Below, in pieces: positions 1 to 8,230 of a stretch of DNA of 49,887 nt. The notes under the pieces are model-generated. The model had not been told where the DNA came from and made no database searches. It saw nothing but the letters and a program-made list of their open reading frames with translations. Every line of letters begins with the position of its first letter. Position 1 is the first letter of the stretch. The DNA lies in NCBI GenBank assembly GCA_040512975.1, contig JBEVEC010000153.1, positions 1-49,887 of the forward strand. Direction: 5' to 3'. A program made the position numbers and the translations under genes. This stretch comes from Tardiphaga sp. (GTDB lineage: Bacteria; Pseudomonadota; Alphaproteobacteria; Rhizobiales; Xanthobacteraceae).

Positions 1-849
1 CACGCCGCGGATCGGCTCGATCGTCGCGTACGGCAGCAGCAGCTCGATATTGCCGCCGCGGTCTTCCATGTCGATGTGCAGCCGCACCAGGATCGCGGCA
101 TTGGCCGGGCGGCTGATGGCGGCGAAGCGCGGGTTGGTTTCCAGCCGGTCGATGCTGAAGGTCACCGGCGACAGTGGCCGGAACGCCTGTTCGGCGTCGG
201 AAAGCACCACTTCGATCAGCCGCTTCACCAGATTGGTTTCGATGGTGGTGTAGGGGCGCCCTTCGATGCGCAGCGACGCCTGGCCGCGGCGGCCGCCCAG
301 CAGCACGTCGATCATCGAATAGATCAGGCTGGAATCGACGGTGGCGAGACCGAAGTTCTCCCACTCTTCCGCCTTGAACACGCACAGCACCGCCGGCAGC
401 GGAATCGAATTCATGTAGTCGCCGAAGCGCACCGAGGTGATCCGGTCCAGCGAGACTTCGACATTGTCCGAAGTGAAATTGCGCAGGCTCGTGGTCATCA
501 ACCGCACCAGACGGTCGAACACGATTTCGAGCATCGGCAGACGCTCATACGACACCATCGAGGAGTCGATGATGGCGCGAATGCCGGAGTTTTCGTCGAG
601 ATTGATCTCATTGACGCTGAAGCCGAGGAGATTGTCGATCTCCTCCTGCGACAGCACGCGTTCGCCGCCGTTCTTGCCGCCGCCGAGATCGCGGCCGCCA
701 TCTTCCACCATGGCGGCCCATTGCTCGGCCATGGTGCCGGTAAGTTCGTTTTCGGCAGCAGCTCTCGCGGCCTCTTCGGGATCCTCTGAATCCAGAGACG
801 CTTCCCATTCGGCGGCAATTGCGTCCTGATCGACCTGTTCGGTAGACAT
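1..849 (-). CDS. fliM: Flagellar motor switch protein FliM (3' end runs off the window)
   Basis: Not in the ORF track because it is truncated. Manual translation from ATG at 849 gives MSTEQVDQDAIAAEWEA...MVSYERLPMLEIVFDRLVRLMTTSLRNFTSDNVEV...GRPYTTIE, typical alphaproteobacterial FliM. Lies directly downstream of fliL. Confidence 0.95.
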   Translation of the reverse strand, partial: MSTEQVDQDAIAAEWEASLDSEDPEEAARAAAENELTGTMAEQWAAMVEDGGRDLGGGKNGGERVLSQEEIDNLLGFSVNEINLDENSGIRAIIDSSMVSYERLPMLEIVFDRLVRLMTTSLRNFTSDNVEVSLDRITSVRFGDYMNSIPLPAVLCVFKAEEWENFGLATVDSSLIYSMIDVLLGGRRGQASLRIEGRPYTTIETNLVKRLIEVVLSDAEQAFRPLSPVTFSIDRLETNPRFAAISRPANAAILVRLHIDMEDRGGNIELLLPYATIEPIRGV

Positions 850-868
850 CAGCTTGAAGTCCCAGTCC

Positions 869-1360
869 TCACTGAATGAGGATTTCCTTGAACAGAACGG
901 CGTTGACCTGGTTGGGCGCGATCGCCGCATTGACGCGGCGGGTGAGTTCTTCCTTGAGCCTGAACAGGCCCACGGAGCCGTTGAGGTCGCTGGAGCGCAG
1001 CTCGCGCAGATAGGTCTGGAACATGTCGGTGATGCGCGGCATCGACGGCGTAATCTTTTCGACCAGCGGCTGCTCCTTCACTTCGAGCACGATCTTGGCC
1101 TTGAGATACTGCACGCGATCGCCCGGATTGCCGGCGAGGTTCACCAGGATCTCGGGGACGTCGATGAAGGCCAGCGGCTTCACTTCCACCTTGGCTTCGG
1201 CGTGATTGTCCTTGGGATGACTGAACAGGAAGAAATAGGCGCCGCCGCCCGCCGCGAGCACCAGCACCACGACGATGATCGCGATCAGCTTGAACTTGCT
1301 CTTAGGCGCGGCCGCTTCGTCTGCGGTCGGCACGCCGTCCAATGTATCCGTATCCGCCAT
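869..1360 (-). CDS. fliL: Flagellar basal body-associated protein FliL
   Basis: N-terminal TM segment (LIAIIVVVLVLAAGGGAYFF), then ILVNL, PRITD and a C-terminal VLFKEILIQ. Start moved to ATG 1360 (MADTD). Confidence 0.93.
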   Translation of the reverse strand: MADTDTLDGVPTADEAAAPKSKFKLIAIIVVVLVLAAGGGAYFFLFSHPKDNHAEAKVEVKPLAFIDVPEILVNLAGNPGDRVQYLKAKIVLEVKEQPLVEKITPSMPRITDMFQTYLRELRSSDLNGSVGLFRLKEELTRRVNAAIAPNQVNAVLFKEILIQ

Positions 1361-1444
1361 CGTCTGCCCGTCCGGGAGGAGATCGGCTCGGCGCGATGGC
1401 GGCTTCACGAAATTCGAATGAAAGCTGCCGGCGCGAAAGGCCCT

Positions 1445-1476
1445 GTTAACCATAACGCTAGGTCGCAATGGTTAAC
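1445..1476. promoter_or_regulatory. Inverted pair of CtrA-type TTAACCAT half-sites upstream of fliL
   Basis: GTTAACCAT (1445-1453) and ATGGTTAAC (1468-1476). TTAACCAT is a known CtrA-associated motif and fliLM is a class II operon. Confidence 0.6.
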
Positions 1477-1572
1477 GGAACCTTTCGGCGGGCTGTCCGA
1501 CTAGGAAAATTCTGCCGACAGATATGGTCAACAACACCTTTCTGCCGCCCTGCCCGGCCGGTAGCTTTATCC

Positions 1573-1585
1573 TAAGCTATTGATA
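1573..1585 (-). promoter_or_regulatory. IHF site upstream of the flgF sigma54 promoter
   Basis: Minus strand TATCAATAGCTTA is an exact WATCAANNNNTTR match. It sits between an ftr-like sequence (~1504-1517 GGAAAATTCTGCCG) and the -24/-12 box. Confidence 0.65.
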
Positions 1586-1603
1586 AGACGGCATTTTAGG
1601 CGT

Positions 1604-1619
1604 TGGCACGGGTTTCGCT
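1604..1619 (+). promoter_or_regulatory. Sigma54 (-24/-12) promoter of flgFGAH
   Basis: TGGCACGGGTTTCGCT with GG-N10-GC spacing. Predicted +1 is about 1629-1630. Confidence 0.85.
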
Positions 1620-1628
1620 ACTCCTTCT

Positions 1629-1710
1629 GTGAACCGCGGCTTGGGAGAGCTTGAGCGGTTCACGGGATCCACGGTCAGCCTGGGAGGGCGGGTCGCGGAG
1701 CTTAGGGGAG
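1629..1710 (+). ncRNA. Structured 5' leader of flgF, probably the flg-Rhizobiales RNA motif
   Basis: Hairpin 1 has stem GTGAACCGC(1629-1637)/GCGGTTCAC(1655-1663) and loop UGGGAG (1642-1647). Hairpin 2 is GCC-UGGGAG-GGC (1678-1689) within a longer stem. The position upstream of basal-body genes fits the described motif. The family assignment is from memory and was not checked with a covariance model. Confidence 0.7.
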
Positions 1711-1718
1711 ATCAACCG

Positions 1719-2483
1719 ATGGAGAATGCACTTCTCGTCGGCCTGTCGCGCCAGATGACGCTCGAGCGTCAGATGGATGTCGTCGCCAACAATCTTGCGA
1801 ACGTGAACACCGCCGGCTTCAAGGGTGAGAAGTCGCTGTTCGAGGAATATCTCAGCCCGGGCGCCCGCGAGGACAATTTCCGCGGCCGCGATCGCCGCGT
1901 CTCCTTCGTGCAGGACCGCGCCACGCTGCACGACATGGTGAGCGGTCCGGTCGAGCAGACCAAGAACCCGCTCGACGTCGCCATCAAGGGCGACGCCTTC
2001 TTCGCCGTGCAGACCGCCGGCGGCGAGCGCTACACCCGCGACGGCGGCATGCAGATCAACAACCAGGGCCAGCTGGTCAACGTCGCCGGCGCGCCGGTCT
2101 TGGGCACCAACGGCCCGATCGTGTTCCAGCAGACCGACCACGACATCAACATCTCGCCCGACGGCACCGTGACCGTGCTGGAAGGCACCAACCGGGTCGA
2201 CTCGGTACGCGGCAAGCTGCGCATGGTCTCGTTTCCCCAGGCGCAGCAACTCCTAAAGGACGGCAACAACCTGTTCGCGGCCCCCACCGGCGTCACGCCG
2301 CAGGCCTCGACCACCGCGACCGTCAATCAGGGCTTCATCGAAAAGTCGAACGTCAATTCGGTCACCGAAATGACGCGCATGATCGACGTCAGCCGCGCCT
2401 ACACGAACATCTCGGCGATGTTGAACGCGCAGGCCGACCTGCAGAGGTCGGCGATCACCAAACTCGCTGACGTTCCGACCTAA
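1719..2483 (+). CDS. flgF: Flagellar basal-body rod protein FlgF
   Basis: VVANNLANVNTAGFK, PLDVAIKG, YTRDG and EKSNVN motifs. RBS GGGGAG precedes ATG 1719. Confidence 0.95.
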   Translation: MENALLVGLSRQMTLERQMDVVANNLANVNTAGFKGEKSLFEEYLSPGAREDNFRGRDRRVSFVQDRATLHDMVSGPVEQTKNPLDVAIKGDAFFAVQTAGGERYTRDGGMQINNQGQLVNVAGAPVLGTNGPIVFQQTDHDINISPDGTVTVLEGTNRVDSVRGKLRMVSFPQAQQLLKDGNNLFAAPTGVTPQASTTATVNQGFIEKSNVNSVTEMTRMIDVSRAYTNISAMLNAQADLQRSAITKLADVPT

Positions 2484-2494
2484 GGACCCCAACC

Positions 2495-3283
2495 ATGCGC
2501 GCTCTTTACACCGCAGCGACGGGGATGGCGGCCCAGGAACTCAACGTCCAGGTCATCTCCAACAATATCGCCAACATGCGTACCACCGGCTACAAAAAGC
2601 AGCGGGCCGCATTCCAGGACCTGATCTACGACCACATCACCCGCGTCGGCGCCCAGGCGTCGGACCAGGGCACGATGATCCCGGTCGGCGTCGACATCGG
2701 CGGCGGCGTGAAGACCGTCGGCACCCCGCGTTTGATGACCCAGGGCACGCTGTCGACCACCGGCGGCGACCTCGACGTCGCCGTGCGCGGCGAGGGCTTC
2801 TTCAAGATCCAGATGACCGACGGCACCTTCACCTATACCCGTGACGGTACGTTCTCGCTGGACTCGCAGGGCCGCATCGTCAACGCCCAGGGCAACCTGC
2901 TGCAGCCGACCATCACCGTTCCGACGGGCGCCTCGCAGCTCACCATCAATGCCGGCGGCTCGGTCTCGGTGCTGGTGCCCGGTTCGACCACGCCTACCGT
3001 GCTCGGCACCATCAGCCTGACGCGCTTCATCAACAAGGCCGGCCTCAGCCCGATCGGCGACAACAATTTCGTGGAATCGCCGGCCTCCGGCGCGCCGCAG
3101 GACGGCGTCGCCAATGCCGACGGCTTCGGCGATCTGCAGCAGCGCAATCTCGAACAGGCCAATGTCGAAGTCGTCACTGAAATCTCCGACCTGATCGCCG
3201 CCCAGCGCGCCTACGAGATGAACGCCAAGGTGATCAGCGCCGCCGACCAGATGCTGCAGTCCGCATCCGCCATGTTCCGCTGA
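2495..3283 (+). CDS. flgG: Flagellar basal-body distal rod protein FlgG
   Basis: MRALYTAATGM, ISNNIANMRTTGYKK, YTRDG, LEQANVEVV and AQRAYEMN motifs. Confidence 0.97.
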   Translation: MRALYTAATGMAAQELNVQVISNNIANMRTTGYKKQRAAFQDLIYDHITRVGAQASDQGTMIPVGVDIGGGVKTVGTPRLMTQGTLSTTGGDLDVAVRGEGFFKIQMTDGTFTYTRDGTFSLDSQGRIVNAQGNLLQPTITVPTGASQLTINAGGSVSVLVPGSTTPTVLGTISLTRFINKAGLSPIGDNNFVESPASGAPQDGVANADGFGDLQQRNLEQANVEVVTEISDLIAAQRAYEMNAKVISAADQMLQSASAMFR

Positions 3284-3288
3284 GGACG

Positions 3289-4401
3289 ATGATCATGACC
3301 ATCACCATGCGCTCCCTGCTGCTGGCCTCCGCGCTGCTCACCGCCGGCGCCACCGCGGCGCTCGGCCAGGCCCGCACCGGCGACCCGATCGCAGCACCCG
3401 TGCTGCGCGCCAATGTCGTCGTCACCGGCGACGTGGTGCGGATCGGCGACGTGATCGACAATGCCGGCCCGACCGCGAACATCGCGATCTACCGCGCCCC
3501 CGATCTCGGCACCATCGGCACGCTGCCGACCGCCCAGGTCATCGCGGCGCTGCGCGCGCATCAGGTGATCGGTGTCGACACCGGCGACCTGCGCACGATT
3601 TCGGTAACCCGGCAGTCGCGCAGCATCGACTCCCGCGACATCCAGAATGAGATCGCCTCCGCGCTCGAGCATCGCAACGGCCTCGGCGACGGCGCCAACC
3701 TTACGGTGACCTTCGACAACGACGTCCAGACCCTGCAGCTCGACGCTGCCAACACCGGCGCGCTGGAGCCCGTCGCGACGCGCTACGACACGCGTAGCGG
3801 GCGCTTCGACATCACCTTCACGATCGGCAACGACAACAACGCGCCGGCGATGAAGCTGCGCTTCACCGGCACCGCCATCGAGACCGTCGAAGCCGCCGTG
3901 CTGGCCCGCGCCCTTGATCGCAATGAAATCGTCAAGGCCTCCGACGTCATCGTCGAGCGGCGGCCGAAATCCGAAGTCGGCAATGACGCCGCGACCCGCG
4001 ACCGCGCCGTCGGCCTCCAGACCCGCCGCGCGCTGCGCGCAGGACAAGCCATCCGCGTCGCCGATCTCGCCAAGCCGGACCTCGTGGTGCGCGACCAGCC
4101 GGTGACCCTGATCTACGAGTCCGCCGGACTGTACCTCACCATCCGCGGCAAGGCCGTGGAGTCCGGCACCGAAGGCGACGTCGTCAATGTACTGAACCTG
4201 CAGTCGAAGCGGACCGTCGCCGGCGTCGTGGTCGGCCGCGGCCAGGTCGCCGTCTCCGCCCCGACGCCGCGCCTGCCGATGAACGCCTCTCCCAATGTTG
4301 CCCCTGCCGCCGACGCTCCCCCGGCCAAGCTCTCCCAGGCAACAGCACCGGTGGCGGTCGCCGCCAACGAACCGAAGCCCGTTTCCCGTAGAGCCGAGTA
4401 A
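3289..4401 (+). CDS. flgA: Flagellar P-ring formation chaperone FlgA
   Basis: Signal peptide and a SAF-like C-terminal region (LVVRDQPVTL...GKAVESGTEGDVVNVLNLQSKR). Located between flgG and flgH, with an Ala/Pro-rich tail. Confidence 0.9.
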   Translation: MIMTITMRSLLLASALLTAGATAALGQARTGDPIAAPVLRANVVVTGDVVRIGDVIDNAGPTANIAIYRAPDLGTIGTLPTAQVIAALRAHQVIGVDTGDLRTISVTRQSRSIDSRDIQNEIASALEHRNGLGDGANLTVTFDNDVQTLQLDAANTGALEPVATRYDTRSGRFDITFTIGNDNNAPAMKLRFTGTAIETVEAAVLARALDRNEIVKASDVIVERRPKSEVGNDAATRDRAVGLQTRRALRAGQAIRVADLAKPDLVVRDQPVTLIYESAGLYLTIRGKAVESGTEGDVVNVLNLQSKRTVAGVVVGRGQVAVSAPTPRLPMNASPNVAPAADAPPAKLSQATAPVAVAANEPKPVSRRAE

Positions 4402-4406
4402 AACCG

Positions 4407-5159
4407 ATGTTGTCCTTCAATCGCTCGTTTTCGACCGCCGCAGCATTGCTCGCGACCGGGCTTGCCGCGTCGGGCTGCTCGTCGATCGACCGCCTCGCTT
4501 CGATCGGCGAGAAGCCGGCGCTGAGCGCGATCGAGAACCCGACGGCGCAGCCCGGCTACAAGCCGGTGCAGATGCCGATGCCGACGCCGGAAGTCGCGTC
4601 CTACAACGCCAACTCGCTGTGGCGCAACGGATCGCGCGCCTTCTTCAAGGACCAGCGCGCGCGGCAGATCGGCGACATCCTCACCATCACGGTGAACTTC
4701 ACCGACAAGGCCAATATCGCCAACGAAACCCAGCGCAGCCGCACCTCGTCGGAAGATTCGGGCATCACCGATTTCGCCGGCAGCAAGCTGCTCAGCGGCT
4801 CCGCCGCATCGGTGCTGCCGGGCCGCCTGCTGAGCGCCGACGGCTCCTCGTCGAGCGACGGCAAGGGCTCGGTGGCGCGCCAGGAAAACCTGCAGACCAG
4901 CGTCGCCGCCGTGGTCACACAGCTATTGCCCAACGGCAACCTGGTGGTCGAAGGCAAGCAGGAGATCCGCGTCAATTACGAAATCCGCGAACTGATCGTG
5001 GCCGGCATCGTGCGTCCGGAGGACATCCAGAGCGACAACACCATCGACAGTTCGAAGATCGCGCAGGCCCGCATTGCCTATGGCGGCCGCGGCCAGATCA
5101 CCGACGTCCAGCAACCGCGTTACGGCCAGCAGGTGATGGACGTGCTGCTGCCGTTCTAA
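4407..5159 (+). CDS. flgH: Flagellar L-ring lipoprotein FlgH
   Basis: Lipobox (AASGC), FFKDQRARQIGDILTI, LPNGNLVVEG and GIVRPEDI motifs, ending LPF. Confidence 0.97.
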   Translation: MLSFNRSFSTAAALLATGLAASGCSSIDRLASIGEKPALSAIENPTAQPGYKPVQMPMPTPEVASYNANSLWRNGSRAFFKDQRARQIGDILTITVNFTDKANIANETQRSRTSSEDSGITDFAGSKLLSGSAASVLPGRLLSADGSSSSDGKGSVARQENLQTSVAAVVTQLLPNGNLVVEGKQEIRVNYEIRELIVAGIVRPEDIQSDNTIDSSKIAQARIAYGGRGQITDVQQPRYGQQVMDVLLPF

Positions 5160-5255
5160 CGCTCACGAGCTCCCACATGGCATCGTGCTCCCACGCGATG
5201 CGGTGTACCAAGCGACGACCTCCGGCAGCTCCCCTGCCGGGGGTCGTTGTTGTTT
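5160..5255 (+). ncRNA. Candidate 3'-UTR structured RNA with CUCCC loops, ending in the flgFGAH intrinsic terminator
   Basis: CTCCCA at 5170-5175. Hairpin GCATCGTG-CTCCCA-CGCGATGC at 5180-5201. Terminator-like hairpin at 5212-5250 with loop CTCCC, followed by a T-rich tract. G-U pairs favour the + strand. Confidence 0.5.
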
Positions 5256-5271
5256 GGGGGAAGAAGATGCC

Positions 5272-5357
5272 GTAGCCCGGATGGAGCGTAGCGCAATCCG
5301 GGACTCACCCATCGCAGAGCCGCTGTCCCGGATTGCGCTACGCTCCATCCGGGCTAC
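5272..5357. repeat. Inverted pair of GTAG-family REP elements
   Basis: GTAGCCCGGATGGAGCGTAGCGCAATCCGGGA ... TCCCGGATTGCGCTACGCTCCATCCGGGCTAC, a perfect inverted repeat between convergent genes. Confidence 0.9.
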
Positions 5358-5360
5358 AGG

Positions 5361-6149
5361 TCACGCCTTGAAATCGACCGTCACACGGCCGAGGCCAGAC
5401 AACTCCAACACGACATCATCGCCGGGACTGAGCCAAATCGTCTGCACCAGGCTGCCGGTCAGCACGAACTCACCCTTGCGCAACGCTCTGCCGTGAGCGG
5501 CAAGATGATTGGCGAGCCAGGCCAGCGCATGATGCGGATGGCCGAGCACATCGGCGCCGGTGCCGCGCCCGGTCTCCACGCCGTTGATAACAGCGCGGCC
5601 GACGACCGAGGTGAGATCCGGCGCCTGCGCGCGCGGCACGGCCATGCCAAGTACGCAGCCGGCGGCAAAGAAATCATCCGCGATCAGCGTCGCGGCATCC
5701 ATGCCGCGCCAGTCGGCATAGCGGTCGTCGACGATCTCGATCGCGGGAAAATACGCCTCGATGAATGGCGCGACATTGTCCGCGGTGAACGGCTCGGCGG
5801 AGGCCACGAGATCGCTGCCCATCCGCACGGCGATCTCGCATTCGACACCGACGCGGACGTAGTCGCCGTAACGCAGCGACGCGCCGGAGGCGTGCACGCC
5901 GGCCATGTAGAGACCGCCGGCGCAAGGGTGTTCGATGCCGAGATAGTGCTGCATGACGGCGCTGGTGCAGCCGATCTTGTAGCCGACCTGGGCGCCGAAA
6001 TCCGGCGACAGCAGATGGTGCAGCGCGTCCTGGACGCGGTAGCCGTCGGCCTCGTCATGCGGGACGCCGTCGGGCGGCAGCGGCGCCAGTGCGGTGCGGT
6101 TGAGGCGGACGTATGCGAGGATTTCGGCGATCGCCAGATGCTTTTCCAT
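5361..6149 (-). CDS. 2-keto-4-pentenoate hydratase / fumarylacetoacetate hydrolase family protein
   Basis: GYKIGCTS, VECEIA, PAIEIVDDR, LGHP..ALAWLAN and VLTGS motifs. Start is 6149 or 6152. Confidence 0.88.
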   Translation of the reverse strand: MEKHLAIAEILAYVRLNRTALAPLPPDGVPHDEADGYRVQDALHHLLSPDFGAQVGYKIGCTSAVMQHYLGIEHPCAGGLYMAGVHASGASLRYGDYVRVGVECEIAVRMGSDLVASAEPFTADNVAPFIEAYFPAIEIVDDRYADWRGMDAATLIADDFFAAGCVLGMAVPRAQAPDLTSVVGRAVINGVETGRGTGADVLGHPHHALAWLANHLAAHGRALRKGEFVLTGSLVQTIWLSPGDDVVLELSGLGRVTVDFKA

Positions 6150-6244
6150 CATGTCCCCCACCGGCCGACGCTGGCGCGCCGTTCAGGACAAAGAGGTAGC
6201 GGCGTCTGCCGGGCTTGGCAATGCAGAGGCGATCGGCGCGTCGG

Positions 6245-6508
6245 CTAGCCAAACACCCGGGTGAGATCCTCATGCAACCGCCGCATGCCGGCGGGACCGG
6301 TGAAGATTTCCTTCACCTCGGCCAGCGCTTCGGTGGTCAGGCTTTCCTCGGACCGCGCACCTAGGGCCGCCGTGGCCAGAATACGCGATGCGATGGCTGC
6401 CTGGTTGCACGACGTCCGGTGCTGCGCCGGCACTTTGGCGACCACCTTCTGCAGCACGTTCCGCATTAAGGCGATGGTGTCGGGATCGTAAGATGCGGCA
6501 AGGGGCAT
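6245..6508 (-). CDS. Small helical hypothetical protein (87 aa)
   Basis: Strong RBS GGAGG before MPLAASYDPDTIALMRNVL...IASRILATAALGAR. Resembles small unknown proteins common in Bradyrhizobiaceae. Confidence 0.7.
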   Translation of the reverse strand: MPLAASYDPDTIALMRNVLQKVVAKVPAQHRTSCNQAAIASRILATAALGARSEESLTTEALAEVKEIFTGPAGMRRLHEDLTRVFG

Positions 6509-6713
6509 GGGTTTGTCCTCCCGTTTTGTTATCGTTATCTTTAAAGCCATTGCCAGATCGTTGCGCTCATATTTGCGTGTTTAACGATCGGGCAGATCTT
6601 TGGGTGCGACTGTATATGCGTGTCGAAGTGTGACAGTCGTGTCATCTGAGACTCGAATATCGGAAGAAAATCGGACCGAAACGGTATCACGCTGCTGCGT
6701 TGGGAAATGACAG

Positions 6714-7991
6714 ATGCCGAACATCGATCGTCGCGCTCTTTTGCTGGCAGGCGCAGGCCTTCTGGCAATGCCAGGACGCGCGGCGGCGGGCGTGCCCCAG
6801 AGCGCCGAAGGTACATTCGGCGACAGTGTCGGCGTCAACGTCCACCTCAGCAGCGAGCCCTATTGCAACGACGTCGGTCGCCTGCGCCAGCGTCTTGCTG
6901 ACAGCGGCATCCGGCATCTGCGCGACGAGCTGCGCCCGTCCAACGACATCGGGCAGTGGCGCGCGCTGCACGCCGATCTCGGCATCCGCTTCAATGTCGT
7001 GGTCTCGCCCGCCACCAACACGGTCGCGGAGATGATGGCCTATCTCGACGCGCTCGGCCTCCCCTGCGTGTCCGCCATCGAGGGCCAGAACGAAGGCGAC
7101 AGCGACTGGTTCATGTCGCTGCCGCTCGCCAAGCCCGACTGGACCAAGACGGTGATCGACTATCAGAAGGCATTTCATCAGGCCCTGCGCGCACGCCCGG
7201 ATACCCAGGCGCTGCCGGTCCTGTCGCCGAGCGTGATCGACTGGAAGCCCGCCGACGCCGTGTTGCTGCGCCCGGCCGCCGACTTCTGCGACATCGTGGC
7301 GCTGCATCCCTACGTGCAGCGCGGCCAGGAGCCGGAAACCAATGACGACTACGCGTCGATCGCCTGGTACCTGCACCACATGCGCGACGCCTTCAAACCG
7401 GGCGCTGCGGTGATGGCGACCGAGACCGGTTATTGCAATGCCATTACCACGCCGGGCAGCGGCGTCTCGGAGCGCGCCGCTGCGATCTATCTGCCGCGCA
7501 TGCTGCTGAACAACTATCAACTCGGGATACGCCGCAGCTTCATGTATGAATTCATGAACGGCGGCACCGATCCCAAAGACGGCGAGCAGAACTGGGGACT
7601 GCTGCACAGCGACAGCGCGCCTAAACCGTCCTATCATGCCATCCGGCGGCTCCTCGCCGCGCTGGGCAATGCCCGCATCATGCCCGGCCTCGACAATGGA
7701 TTTAATATCATGGCCCGCTCACCGCGCGCCGACCTGCGGCAGATCGCTCTGCAGGATGACGCCGGCCGCCGCATCCTCGCCCTCTGGCACGCCGCGCGCA
7801 GCTGGGATGCACCGCACGCGCGCGATATCGAGGTCGACGCGCAGCCCGTCGAGATCAACGGCGACGGACGCCCGACGGCGGCATCAATGAACATTCCCAA
7901 CGACGATGACCAGTGGCGCGATCTCGTGCCATCGCAAACCGGCATCACCGTCCCCGTCGCCGACAAGGTCGTTCTGCTACGCCTGGCGTGA
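6714..7991 (+). CDS. Tat-exported clan GH-A-like glycoside hydrolase
   Basis: Twin-arginine signal (IDRRALLLAGAG...AAA). NE acid/base motif (EGQNE), HPY, nucleophile-like ATETGY and WGLL...PKPSY. Confidence 0.75.
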   Translation: MPNIDRRALLLAGAGLLAMPGRAAAGVPQSAEGTFGDSVGVNVHLSSEPYCNDVGRLRQRLADSGIRHLRDELRPSNDIGQWRALHADLGIRFNVVVSPATNTVAEMMAYLDALGLPCVSAIEGQNEGDSDWFMSLPLAKPDWTKTVIDYQKAFHQALRARPDTQALPVLSPSVIDWKPADAVLLRPAADFCDIVALHPYVQRGQEPETNDDYASIAWYLHHMRDAFKPGAAVMATETGYCNAITTPGSGVSERAAAIYLPRMLLNNYQLGIRRSFMYEFMNGGTDPKDGEQNWGLLHSDSAPKPSYHAIRRLLAALGNARIMPGLDNGFNIMARSPRADLRQIALQDDAGRRILALWHAARSWDAPHARDIEVDAQPVEINGDGRPTAASMNIPNDDDQWRDLVPSQTGITVPVADKVVLLRLA

Positions 7992-8230
7992 GCGCGCTGC
8001 ATCTGCCGCAGCTCCTCGCCTTGCGGCGCTTGCAGGACGCGAACTCGTCCAGGGCATCTGTCAGGGGAGGCATATTACCTTGCTCGCCCGACCGGCAGCC
8101 CGAATGAGAGCAATAGGCAAGGATCAGCCTTAAATCGGCACGCGGTCGGAGGCCGGACACACTAGATGATCTCTTGTCGAGTGGCGCAACCGCCTTGGAC
8201 AGAATTCGGCCAGCAAGAAAGATGATCCCC

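Noticed and set aside
76-789. 237-aa plus-strand ORF
   Set aside because: Antisense shadow of fliM, which the ORF track missed because it runs off the window edge.
5160-5255. Reading the CUCCC element as a minus-strand copy of the UGGGAG leader motif
   Set aside because: The stems rely on G-U pairs that form only on the + strand, and the T-rich tail also fits + strand termination.
5163-5496. Small ORFs reading MERSAIRD...RIALRSIRAT on both strands
   Set aside because: Translations of the palindromic GTAG REP pair.
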